DNA of 64,000 bases from Tubiluchus corallicola (lineage: Eukaryota; Animalia; Priapulida), in NCBI GenBank assembly GCA_030141605.1, contig JAQGDQ010002368.1, positions 868,001 to 932,000 of the forward strand. The letters are read 5' to 3'. Shown piece after piece: positions 1 through 13,442 of the stretch. The notes under the pieces were generated by a model. The model searched no databases. It was not told the DNA's origin and saw nothing but the letters and a program-made list of their open reading frames with translations. Both the position numbers and the translations under genes were made by a program. The first letter of the stretch is position 1, and each line of letters begins with the position of its first letter.

Positions 1-1299
1 CTACTAGAAAGACTTACGTAATTGAAAAAGAAAATTCTGAATAGTTTATATTGTCATCGCAACACCTCGTAAAACGGCATTGCATTGCCATCCAAATGTG
101 CACCACTGATTCACCAAAAAACACACTATTGATCTTATTGACATCGTAAAGTGATTTACACCGTTGCTTAGTTAGCGAAGTTTGCGCTACGAATGCTGTG
201 ATTATTTTTCTCAACCTTTACACAGTGTTATACAAACTTGTTTCAATTGACAAAGTTAAATTGGCTGTGTTAGTGGTAATCGCGGGAGTTTTAAATTTAC
301 TAGTTTTATGCAGCGTTAATGCAAACGCACGCCCTGTATGTAATAAGACAGCGTATAAGTGATATAAAGTTTTAAGACAATTTCTTAAGCTTTGTTTATG
401 ACAAGCGTTTTTTGTTTCAATTAACGGCCGGTGAGCGCAGTCATCACATTTCTCAGAAAGATCACTTATCAGTTATCACAATCAACATATAACAAAAGCA
501 GGACAAATCCTTGTTTTGAATTGTTTTTGCATCTCGAAGCAAATACCAGAAAAATAAAAATGGAAGCACTTTATCATTTCCAAGAAATCGACTAAAGCAA
601 ATCTTTTCACTGTTTTAAATCTTGGAGGTTTGATGCAAATGTTATCCCATTTGTTTGCACCAATGAAAAAATATCACGTAATTCTACCCAAGCTAAAGCA
701 GCTGTTAATGTTGAGGTTGGCACAGGGCTCGGCTATGAAATCAGGAGGTAAACACGGTTGGAATGTCCCTAAGCCGTCAATGCGTGGGAGGCCTAAACTT
801 GAGCCGTTCAGAAACCAGACCTTTTTGTGAACATTTTTCCCGAGTCGAAGACAAAGAAATTCCTTGCACATGAACTTCCTCTAGTTAAGTGACATTTTCG
901 GCAATTACACCATTGTGAGTTTTTTCTTCCCGCGGGGCACAGCGCGCATGCAAGGCACACTTTTCATCTAAACTTGACAAGATACTGCTCGTGTGTGGGC
1001 CTCCATCCGTGCTATTATCATTGCATATAAGAGCATTAACAGCCAATAACATATTATTCACGAATAAGGGTTGCTGCTGCTGCCACCGCTGCTGTTGTTG
1101 TTGTTTTTGCTGTTCAGATACTTGTTAATTTGTTTTCAAAAATATAATTTCAATGTGCTTTCAGAAACAAAGGACTATGTCGGACAGCAATTTAGAAAAA
1201 AATCATTAGAAGTAATTCCACAAAATGGTCAATCGGGCGACGGTCAAACTTCTACAATAAACTTATACACACACATATATATAAACATGTTCATGAACC

Positions 1300-2120
1300 A
1301 ATAACCTGACAGGTCATCAAAGAAAACATTAAAAAGTAAAACTGATGGCGTGCATCTTGCCGAATACCAGAGAATATTTGAAAATTATCAAAGAATATTG
1401 TCCATTGAAGTGAAATACATAGCAAATGTGAAATATGCATAACGGCTTCGTAGTATATATAATTTGATTGATACCTAGTTTTACCAATACATTTGCAAGG
1501 TGCTTCTAAGCACTTTATCGAAAGCCTTTTCAAGGTCTATGATGGCAAAAAGTTTAATTTCAAGTTTCTGTGCAATTAAAATAATGAATCTGATCAACAT
1601 ATGATTCTTTGCATTGATTTGTACGATTTGCAACTGGGGAAGTTGGGCTGACTTAAGTTCGCGTTGCAAATTACTAAAATCTTTGATAAGTTCTCTGCCT
1701 CTAAATGACATTGCCGATTTAACGTATCGCGACATATTTAAGGAAAACATTTAACTGCCTACCGACATATTCAGCAGCAGGTCGATCATTAGCGACTTGT
1801 TGGTTATTGATTTTACTAGTTTTTGCAGTCTCTCGCAAAATGTGTTCAATATCGCAAATTAGAGCCTCAACTTCATTCTCACTACGTACATTCCATAACT
1901 GCACTACATCAACTTCTACGTAAGAAATGAGTTCATCTTCGTACAATTTAAAATTACATCGTTTAGGCTTCTCGCACCTCGCAACTCTGTACCGTCGCTA
2001 TCGCAGTTTTCCGAGTAGTAAGTCCATCTTAAATTAGATAATTCGCGTGCAAACTGCCTCACAATCAAGTTATCAGCATCAATGTTACATATCATCATAT
2101 TACCAGGTTGCACAAACATT
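1300..2120 (-). mobile_element. Degenerate non-LTR retrotransposon (LINE) ORF2 remnant
   Basis: Overlapping frameshifted minus-strand ORFs contain the RT motifs FAIIDLEKAFDKV (~1500-1560) and FQIFSGIRQ...SVLLFNVFFDDL (~1305-1395). The upstream 1620-2120 part is assigned by adjacency only. Confidence 0.7.
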
Positions 2121-2744
2121 TCGCACCGCGCATAATTACGTATGAACTAAAATCAAAATAAAATCATGGGTAGTATGAAAGCTCTAGTGGTCGTGCACTG
2201 GTTGAAACATTGGGTTTGCTTGGCTAATTATTCATAAAAATTGTACAGACGGTGTTGCAAAATACTACGAGTTAATAGCAACAAGTTCACAACTTTAAAA
2301 AATAAGTAGGAATCAAATTTGTTGCAATACTAGCTGTGCAATTAAAGCAACCGTTCTCTGTTTAAAGAATTTTTTAAATCAACAATCTTTAAAAATCTCA
2401 GTGCACTGTCTGTCTAACGAGACTCCATCAAAGTACCACTAAACGCTGCAGTTTATAGCTTCAATCGCTAGTCTTTTAATCATGACTCTATGTTTAAATT
2501 ATTTCTATATAGTAGAGCCTTGCCGGCATTGGTACTCTAGGATCTAAATTTTGCCAAACATGCAAGTTTGCTTTCCTGCATACTCGCGCCACCTAGATAA
2601 AGTCTTAACAGTCAGTTAGCGGAGTAGAGCAACTGGGTAGAATTCATAAAATATTATGCAGTATATGTGGGTGCCATAATAGCCACCTGTCAATAATAAT
2701 AAACTTCTGTTTAAAAAGAAACGAAACAGTCGTCGATCAGCGGT

Positions 2745-5700
2745 ATGAAAGCCACTTTACTGGTAATCATTTTTGCGTTAGTGAGCGATATTTTCGCGTA
2801 TCCAAGCGGAGCACCTGTAGAACAATGCGAGCAAATGACCCCAGATGCTACTTTACATGGAGCGCAGCCAAGTGACGATCCGACTCCATACACAATTGAG
2901 ACATCCGTATCGACATATAAACCGGGCGACCAGGTAACAGGTAAGTTTTATATATGTATGTGAGTCCAGCGCCTGATAAACTGAGGCAGTCTATGAGCAT
3001 TGACTTAACCATTTTAGCAGCAAAGTAATAATTATTATAATTGTGATCCTAACGTAAAAAAATCGCTATTGCAAATAATATCGTCCACATATGTTCTCAA
3101 TCGCTGCCTCCGCAATACACTTTCGACGCTAGAAACTACGAACTGAATTATTCTACTCCCTTTTTGTGTGGTTGCCATACGCGATGAAGTGCAATAGCGT
3201 CAATATTATTAAGTTAGGTAGAGATCTCATAGTTTCGCAAAGTTAATAGGTATCATCGAATAAAAAATTACTTATGTGGTAGAACCGGTGCTATAAGCAA
3301 TATTTTTGCTAGTTCATACTTTTTAACTTCCAAGGTTCTTGAATTTCCCCTTGGACAGCAAAAACATTCGTCACAATTTTCTAGAATTTCGCAAAATTCC
3401 AAATCACATACTGTTTGTAATTTTGTAAATACGCTGCAGTATGTTCAGTTGCTGTATTTCCCATGAAATTTCCCATGTGAACTCGATATCACGGAAATGA
3501 TTTGACGTGAAAGGAGAACGTCAGCACCCAACAGACATTATGATCAGCTAAGATAATCAGTACAGTATAATTCCATCCAATGTGGAAAATCATTGGTCTA
3601 GGCTTTAGAGTTAGTCAATGTTAGTCTGATTGCTACTGAAAGCGAGCCTTTCAAAAAAACTTATATTGAGCTATACTGCAAACAAGATATAAAGTGTCTA
3701 GCAGTTAAACTCACAGCATTAATATACGATATGAACTACTAAACTAAAATACAAAAATTGGTACAGATATAGCCATGCATCACAGATGTCAGCCATGTAA
3801 CTAGTGCTACATCTTGTAAAGTACTTAATGTTAATCATTTGCTGCATGGGTAATGTGAACAGCTGTTGAAACTACATAATTAACGATGGAATCGTTTAAT
3901 TAACAAATATACTAAAATATTGGAAGGAGTTTACCACCCCCTTGCAGTTTAAATACATTAAACCTATCCTAATCCGCTTCACGAACTAATTTCTTGTGTG
4001 GAGAATTGTAAATTTTAGCGGAAATATTTATTGATTTTCACTAACAAATGCTTAAAAAATGTTAGCATAAATTGCACAAATAACAATTGTAATTTATTGT
4101 TGGTCAGATTTTGCGTTTTACCATGTTTTAAAGGAAAACATTTACAATACAGGAGTACAAGACTGCCAGCGCAACTATATAAAAAATAATTATAACAGAA
4201 TTTGAACTGGGAAGCAGGACTGATACGTGTCTGTAGGCTAATGAATAGGGCAGCAGAATTTTACACTAGAGAAAAATAGTGCAGTCGACTGAAGGGAAAC
4301 AGAAAACATATAGCTCATATACTGAAAAAGTCATCATCTCAAAGCTCCTCTTGTCCTTTAATTCTTATGTAGGAAAGAATTAAAAAAATATTAGACTCAA
4401 AGTGCGTAATGTAGGTGGCAACAGCAATAATAGTACGGAATTAATTAGTATAATAGGTTGAAAATATAAAATAATATTACGTAAAATATAAAAACCAAGA
4501 TATCATTGATATGACAGGCGATACGACATTGTAATTTCATTAAAATGGCATGTAGGCTACTCTACATTTGTACTGCATATTACCTGTAATAGGCCAAGGA
4601 ACAGGGTGGACCCCACCACTTCATGTTGAAGTGGTCATTTATCAAATAAGAACTAACTCAACCAATCAACCCAGGACAAATAAACAGCATTCACCGAGAC
4701 CTACGCAAACATCATGCCACATACAAGATTAGTGTGTTTAATTGGGACAGTACACATAAACACATGGTTAAACAGTTAAATGTCGTCTCTACGCTAGACA
4801 AAAATTAACATGTCTGTTAATGTTAACCTTAAATTGGACACGAAAATTTGGTACGTATTAAGCTAAAATGAATAAAAATATTATATACGGAAGTGCCTGA
4901 AATGCACGACAAACCTATAGGTCAACAACTTAAGGAAAGAGAAGTTTTATATACATGTAGTTAAAAAATCTACAAATTATATTTGATAGAGGTGGCTCAT
5001 TTTCATTGAAGCAGTTATATAAAAACTTTTCTTGCAACAGTTCCAAAAAATGGTTGGCATGAATAACTGTTGGTCACGATGTTAACAAACATGTATGAAA
5101 GAGAGAAAGAGAGAGTAAGCACTAGCACGTTTATTGTATTTCCCCATTCAAGCCAACTAGCACTCCTAGGAAGGGTACTGGCTACACAACAAAGAAATGT
5201 TCATCTAAAAAAAGTAACAGAGAAGACATGATTCCAAAAGAACATATCCCTCATATAAATGCATTTTATTTGTAGCTTTGATTATGACAACTCAAAGCAC
5301 AGAATACTAAATTAACTTCAAAAAATATTTTCAGTAACATGCCAGAAATGTCAATCAAAAATTAATATTACGAGCGTTAGTTCCACTACTATCTATATTG
5401 ATTTTATAAGGAAAACGATTTTTTATTCTTTGAACTCTTAAGTTTTAGCATCTCTTTTGCAGTTACGATCAAAGGAACTTTCAAAGGATTTATGCTGCAA
5501 GCAAGAGATACTGCAGAAACTCGGGTAGGCGAGTTCAGTGACTTTCCCACCGAGACACAGAAGAGAGACTGTGACAATGGTGGACATTACATTACACATA
5601 AAGACAACAATGACAAAACAGATCTGGAGTTTGTATGGACTGCTCCAAACAATGGTCCTGAAAAAATCACATTTGTGTAAGTAAAAAACTATGATTTTTA

Positions 5701-8032
5701 GCACCGCATACTTATAGCTGATCTTAGCACAATAACATATTTACAATAGACTAAACGAATCAAAGCATCAAAAACACATGGTACTGATCACTGCAACAAA
5801 CAGAAGAAATTGCAAGAGAATGCTGTATTTATGGAAAATTAGTCTAGAATTTTTTCCCTGGTAAACTAAAAACCGAGTAGTGTATATTCAGTGTAGTGAA
5901 AACTAGCACAAGAAATTAATAGCCCTTTCACAAGTACTATTACCAAGCCTGCAATATACTTTTGTAGGCACTGACGAAAAGGCTCTGCAAGATTAAGCCA
6001 CTGTGTTCACAGTTCAGTGATGGTGAAGTGCAGCACCACTTACAGAGAGACATATTTGTGTTATTACATTCACAAATAAAGAACTTCAGAACCTGCATAT
6101 TACTGTCTACGATCCTGTAGTATGCTAATTATGAACATCAGCGTTCATTATTATGTAATTTTGCAAAGAAAAAGAAAATTTTGCAATGAATAGAATTTGC
6201 AACAGGGCAAAATACTGTACTGTTGCAAAATATCTTGTTCTGAGCCACTACTATCATGCCACTACTTGTTTTGAGCTTATTTCTCCTTTCTGTACTGCAT
6301 TTATTTTAATACTCTACACAACATACATAGCAATAGTAATACTTGTAGTACTGTATTCCACCCTTTCAAGCAATCTATAATAATTTATTAACAAATTTGT
6401 GTATCACCTTAAACAAAGTGTATCACATTTCAAACATACAATAACGTAATTACTTGTAATGCAGTGACATCTGAAGAGAAAGTTTGTAAAATATTGCAAG
6501 TTATGAATGAAGAGAGACAAGGGTAAAGGTTTAGTATTGTGAAGGAGGAGTGAAACGGTAGAGGGATAATGGTGGCTGATAAACATATTTCTGATTATAA
6601 TTCTACTTATTACAGTGCCACAGTAGTGCAAGAGAAAACCAAGTTTTGGGTAAAGGTACAATCAGATGAAGTGCTAAAAGACACCTCAGAAGACGTAGTC
6701 ATCAGTTTTGAAACCTGCGGTAAAACAAGTGGCTGCTTTCGCTATGGGGAAAAAGATTGCACACCAAGCACATGTCAGAAAGCAACCGTATACACAGCTG
6801 ACACTGATGACGTTACAATACAAATGACAGGGAAAGCTGAGGGCTGGATAGGAATGGGGTTTTCTGAAGACAACACTATGGTGAGTAGTGCCTAAAAATT
6901 CGAATATTTTTCAACTGATACTTCTGATATTCCATTAGAAAAGTATCCAAATATTTTGGCTATCATGTGACAGCTGTCTTTTCCATGCCTATTACAGCAT
7001 GCCCCAGTAGACAAGGAAACAGTCTACTTGTAGAATTTTCCGCTTTTTCCTATACATTTCCTTATGCTATGGTAAAATAGCATTTCTTGCATTGCATTGT
7101 TTTCAGGTCGATCAATGGGTGTATACTATTGAATATTTTGCAGCATTTGTTCGAGTTTCTATATGCGATATTACAATTTCACTCTAAACTTAAAACTGTG
7201 GTTATAGGGTGAAGACGATGTGTACGTATGTGTTCTTGAAAATGACGTGGTAAGGGTAGACCACTATTGGAATCCTGGTGGACATACCAGAAGTGAATTA
7301 CAGACAAATAACGAAGTCACCAATGTCAAAGCAAATTATGCGGATGGAAGAATCAACTGTCAGTTTACGAAAAGTCTTACTAGCACCATCAATGATATGA
7401 ATTATGATTTAAGTAAACCATGGTACCATCTTCATCCATGGGGAGATGAAATTGACTCAGGTAAGTACAAGAATGAAGAACTCAAAAAAGAATGAAAGTT
7501 AAACTTATCTAAGGTATAAACAGATTTTGATAAATTACTTTGCAGCAGCTTATAGTAACAGAAATTTTAATTGGCACTTAAATAGGCTACTAAACTACAT
7601 ACTTGAAATTGAAGTTTCAACACTTTCTGTTTCTGCTCAATTAGGCAGTAATGTAGTAAATGAAAGCACAGTTCTCACAATCTTCTGACTGAGTTGGACT
7701 AGTTCCTCTAAAAAGGAAAGCAATCGTTTACCAATTTTTTTTAATACTAAAGTAGCCCAACATCTTTGCATTTGAAGCTGAGTAACAAACCGATGGATTT
7801 ATTAAAATTGTTTGTATATATAAAAACAACTGCTTTTTCAGATGGCAGAATACTCCGCCACAAGCCCGACCATCCTCCAACTTCCAGTGAGCAACGAACA
7901 ATATCGAACAAAGATAATGAAATTATAGATTCAGGAGCAAGAATCTATCATGGTTCTATTTGCACTGCATTATGCTTAACTATAGTCAGCATTGTCTTTC
8001 CTTCATTCTCATCATATCTTGATAATTTTTAA
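2745..8032 (+). CDS. Secreted Reeler + DOMON domain protein (FRRS1/SDR2-like N-terminal half) with hydrophobic C-terminus
   Basis: Exons 2745-2940, 5463-5676, 6616-6880, 7208-7460, 7842-8032, all GT-AG and phase-compatible. Signal peptide MKATLLVIIFALVSDIFA. Reeler motifs YPSGAP..C..MTP, FKGFMLQAR, ITH, FVWTAP, ATVVQ...FW. DOMON motifs CGKTSGCFR, GWIGMGFSEDNTMGEDDVYVC, GRINCQF, ILRH. Confidence 0.9.
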
Positions 8033-8727
8033 GGACATTATGTCATGCAGAAGGTAACACTGCTGACAGCAGGTACATACTACTGAATAGTGGTGAGTGA
8101 TATGCTGACATAATCTCAGTTAGAAGCAATTTAAACGAGTGTTACTTAAGCTAGCGTAGCTGCAATGATGGGAACATGAAACTTTTGTTATTTTGATTGT
8201 TATGACAATTATGTTACGATAACCTCATTTTTAGTCTTAAAACATAGTTGAAAAGGTATGTAAAGTAGAATAAACAAGCAGACTAAAAGAGTCGTTAAAT
8301 AAAATTAATGGATGATGAACTTACTGTTAATTTTTGTTCTAAATTTTTATTTGAAGATTGTTATAACACAGAATTTTAAATATTACCTGCTGTAAGTGAC
8401 ACATTTTAGGTACGAATATAATTGGATTAAGTAAATGAAATACAAACACTTACTGAAAAGTTCTGACCTATCATTTTTCACTATCCCTTATTCATTGATG
8501 CGAATATTTATAGTTGCTCATAGTTCTTTGTCCATGGGTTTCTTTATTCATTCACAAAATGTATGGTAGCAAACAAATAAAACTTATTGCAAACGGTAAT
8601 CTGATTAATGAATGCTGACGAAACATGTCAACACAATTGGCACAGCCAGAGAGTTCAGGCATTTGATATCATACTAAAAACAAACTTACAAAATTAATTA
8701 CTAAATGTCACTAAACAATCACATTTA

Positions 8728-11700
8728 TCAACTTCCCAATTCATCGCACACATCTTCATTAGAATACTGCACTGATGATGGTTTAATAAACTTCCCTTGT
8801 ATGAAGACACGTGGTACTCTTAAACCCTCTTTTTTGTTGATGGTTTCTCTGAGCAAATATTCATTCACAGACTCTAAGAAGTTGACAGAGGTAAACAGGG
8901 TCGCAATAACTTCTGCAATGAATCATAAACTTGAATAAACAAAGGTGCCATTGCAATGTTTTGCTATAACAGCCTTTAACTATTCACGATTAGTTTCACA
9001 TCTGAGGTGATCAAGTAATCATCCTACTTCATTAAGCTTATTCAGCAGGACTATGCAGACAGAGTGCTAAGTTACAAGTATAAAAATGGGAGGTCTAAAT
9101 ACATGTGACTAGATGCTAATATAGTTTATGATGACAAATGTGGTGAATTTCTAAATTCTTCGTATAATAAAATTTAAGATTACGAAATAAAAAAACAACA
9201 TCCAGAAATCTGATACCACACAACATGCCAGTTATACGGATTAATATCATGGAAATTGCATTTTGTCAGAAAAACTTTGACATTCATAAAGTTTTGGTAT
9301 CACACCTTACCCAAGCTACCGAATTTGGACGTGTCATGATGGAAAATCATAACAATCAATATTACACTTCATTATAAAAAATGAAAGCCTTACATACATT
9401 ACCCTTAGAAAAATAGTAGACGCGAGTACCATCTTGACGAACATAAAAGTTCTCGGCTAGTTTGTGACCAGAGCTGAATCTCAATTGAGCATAATCATAC
9501 AGACCATAATCACGAAAAAGCAAGCAGCCACCTGGCTTTAAAACCTACATAAAAATGTCTTTATAACATTTACAAACAGCTACCCCTATATTACAATGAA
9601 AAAATGGTGCATGTGTAACAGGTTATGCTTCAAATTTATATTTCAATTACTACATTTCCAGGTATTTTGCACTTACATAAATTTTATCTACTGGATGACC
9701 TTACCACTAAGAGCCCATTTCTAGCACCTGACTACGTTATAGGATAGATAATACATAATACAGTATAGATAGACATTAAAAAAGAATACTAGGCATTTAC
9801 CATTAAAACACAAAAATATTTTGAACTATCTAATTTCCATTCTATCTAATTTGTATTCCAAACGAGAGTTTTCTTTCAAAATGAGACAATAAGTTCAACT
9901 GCAAGAAGGGTCTTACCTGAAATAAATTTTTCAAGACAGAAAGCATCTTGTTGGGGTGAATAGCTGATAGCACAAATATCATTGTGATAATATCTAAGCT
10001 GTTTGCAGGAATTTCTTCTGTTAGTGAAGTGGATGTCAAATCACACTCAAATGCATAAATCTTTGCTTCATTATACAGAGGATTTTCCTAAAAAAAAGGC
10101 TAATTAGCAGAATGTAAAACTTTCTCCCACCGATGGACAACTTGTCTGAGTCAGGTTTTCAAAAAAGCAGCTTGAGGTGGGATTTTGACAGACTATTTAA
10201 GGTCAATAAACTTATGAGGCCACTTGAATCCTAAAGCTTACAAACTAATAGTGTCATACCTAACACAAACTGTAGCCTCTGTTTCTAGAGAACTGATTAA
10301 TTAGAATGGGACACGTAGCAAAAAGAAGCAGCAACTTTAGCTAGTCATCATTAAAGCTAATGCTTACTGAAATGCAAAATAATGATGTATAGATAGTTGA
10401 CATCAGCAACTAAGCACAATTTATAGAGGTAAAAGTTTTTTGTTATTTCAAAACTCTTAAACAGTTTTCAAATGATATTAATTACAAGATTACTCATTAT
10501 ATGCACATACATATTATATAACTATACATGCATTAGCATACAATAACACAAAACCTTTAACTCTCTTATAAATACTTTTGTTTTATGCCTCAAAATAATT
10601 CATTTATCAACAGAATCTATGAGCTACATATAGGCCTACTTAAAGAATTGATATGTAATTTTAACATACTGCAGTAATCTACATAATGTTAAGATTCCTT
10701 TCCTCAACATCCAAGATCTCTAGCTCATATAACACCCAGAGTGGCACCGCTAAGAATAAGGTCCATATAAGTCTAGCGGCTACTGAGTATTGATGTGATG
10801 CCTTCATGTAAGACATTGTGAAACTTAGACAATAAATCCCTACTTTAGCAATTTCATCCTCAAATCAGCAATCATAGACCACCATTACAAGTACTTTACC
10901 TACCTTGACAAATTTAACAGCTCGTGGAGAAAGATCACAGGCATAGATGAATAAATCTAGCCCATCTTGAAGAAGTGGAAATATCAAGTTGCCAACTCCA
11001 CAGCCAACTTCTAAAAGTGAATTCCTAGAAGAATTGTCCTGAAAATAATGTACAAAAAGATCTGTTATTATTAGCACACTTAGCACACAAAGTTGTTTGT
11101 TTAGTAAAATTAAACTGATAGATGTATGTGTCTACTGTCTAGTATCTAAAATGATCTGCTAAACAGTAAATAGATCACTATTCATTACTACCTAAAAAGA
11201 AATAACACCACTTCTAGTTACTGTACAGATGTTTTTCTGAGATTACATTTATCTTGTTTCCAGTAAACTATAAGCAAAAGCTATTTTTCTAATAAAAAAT
11301 TGACGACATCAAATGGATCACAACTCACTGTCACTTATGACCTAAGATATCTCAAGCGCAAATATTGCTTTAACAACACTTTACAATACATTAAAAATTA
11401 TTACATCACAAGCCTAATTTTGTTAGTTTTTCAATATCACACCAACTGACATGATTGCAGCAATTTGTACGTTAATAATGCCTGTTTTTCAGATTCGTGA
11501 GGTAAGATTGACAGACACCCAGATAACTATAAAATCAAAGTTCGAAGTTCTAGAAAGCCTAGTTAAAAGTGAATGTTAGCCAAACAAAAAATTTAAAATT
11601 TGATATTGTAAATTCAAAATTTGCCAAGTTTTTATGTTTTACTATCAATGCGATGCAGCAATGTCATATTGCAGTCTTCCCTTTCATAAATTTCAGCGAA

Positions 11701-12510
11701 AAGCACATAAAAGATTTGCGACTCCGGAAAATTATACCAAATTGCAATGTCTTCATTATTGGCACAACTGCTAATTAAATCTTTAAACTAATATTTAAAT
11801 ATAAAAAGTACTTTGGACTTTTAGAAGATTATTATAAGTAATTAAACACAAAATTAAGCATGTATTTTAGATCATAACTTAAAAACAACTATGATTTAAA
11901 AGACTATCTTACTGTACTTAACGTTAAAACTTCAGATATAAGGTTAAACTCTGTGTTAAAGGAAGTCACATTTTGTTTATACCTTTATCTCTAATTACAA
12001 ACCTGACCAAAAAATAATGTTAATGACATTATCTATATAAAAAAAACTACACCAAGATGTTGCAACATACAATACTTATTATAACACTAATGAGTTTGTG
12101 CATGAACTATTAAGAACCAAGACTTCTGCCAACAAAGTTAGCAAAAATTTGATGAATCTCTTGTTACCAGAAAGACATCACACTATCAAGACAACACTCT
12201 CTATAGGCTTAGTGCAGCTTTTACGAAGGCTGCCTACCTTTTTTGAAGGACCAAGTAATTCTTTGAATTCTCTGGTTGTCCAGTGTCTGTCTTTGAAAAA
12301 TTTGGTAGAATTTCTTTTGTAAAAAATGTCCCAGTGTCGTTTAGCATCCTGTTCGAGTTTTTTCTGCTTGAATTGTGAAACAATGGTTTTATCACTTCTG
12401 AGCTTTAGCAGCTCAGCTTCTGATAAAACTCTGGCACTGCTAGGAAAATCCTGGCCCTTCAACTCAGTAAAAAAGGCAGGAATATTGTTTTCTTTGAAAT
12501 GTTCAGCCAT
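8728..12510 (-). CDS. METTL6: tRNA N3-methylcytidine methyltransferase METTL6
   Basis: Exons 12510-12238, 11038-10904, 10087-9917, 9544-9403, 8912-8728. Motifs [27 protein letters not shown] motif [58 protein letters not shown]. Confidence 0.93.
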
Positions 12511-12764
12511 TCAATAGCAAATACCTAATGGCACATTAGAAGCTATCAACCACCTACGAAAAGAACAAAGAATGAGAGTAAAAAATGCAATGTTTAACAA
12601 ATAGAGGAGTGATGCCAATGTGGAGTCTTCCAAGCAGAGAAGATGAAGCATACCCAACAGCATCTTAAGACTACATTCTACCTTTTATTCACTTTTTATT
12701 CATTTAAAAAAACCTGTCCACATCCTCAGACCTACTAATAATATCACTAACAAGTAATTACAGT

Positions 12765-13442
12765 CAGGGACGTTACCTCTGATAATTGCACTTTCGGTTC
12801 AGTTTTGTTTTTGTCGAAAATTATTAAGTTTTGTAGCCGAAACTTTCGGTAATTTTCGGCAGCATTTTTCAGGGTTTTAGTAGTATTTATCCAGCTTACC
12901 TTTTTTTGTCCTAGATGTTAAAAATCACTGACAAATTTTGGCTAAAATAGTTCAAATAAAGCGTGAATATCATTTATTTAACCTTTTTAACCATTTACAG
13001 ATGCTTTTTACAGCAACATGGCATATCTCAGGGCTGACAACTGTGATATTCAGGTCTCCAGGCACAATCAGCCAAAATATAAAAGCGTAATTTGAATAAA
13101 ATCAAGTTTAATTTTATAATTACAAAATATAGGCAACAAAATATTTACAAAATAACATTTGTCAATTTCTTTGAAGCTTCATGATCTTTGATCTTTAGCC
13201 ATAAACACTGTTCTACTTTTCTGGTTAGGATTTTTTGTTTAGCTACTTCAACAAGCTTGTACCAAAGGAAATATAAGCAAACAAGCAAAAACAAAGTGTT
13301 TTAATTATTTCAGATTTTTTTCAGTTTTCATAGTAGTTGGCTCTGCAAAAATGACTTTGGTTCAGTTTCCTTTTGGTATAGGTTTCCTGCATTTCATAAA
13401 TTTTGGTTTCGGTTTGTAATTTCAGTTTCAGTAACATCCCTG
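12765..13442. mobile_element. Non-autonomous hAT element (MITE)
   Basis: TIRs CAGGGACGTTAC...GTAACATCCCTG; exact 8-bp TSD ATTACAGT (12757-12764 and 13443-13450); subterminal TTCGGT-like repeats. Confidence 0.85.
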
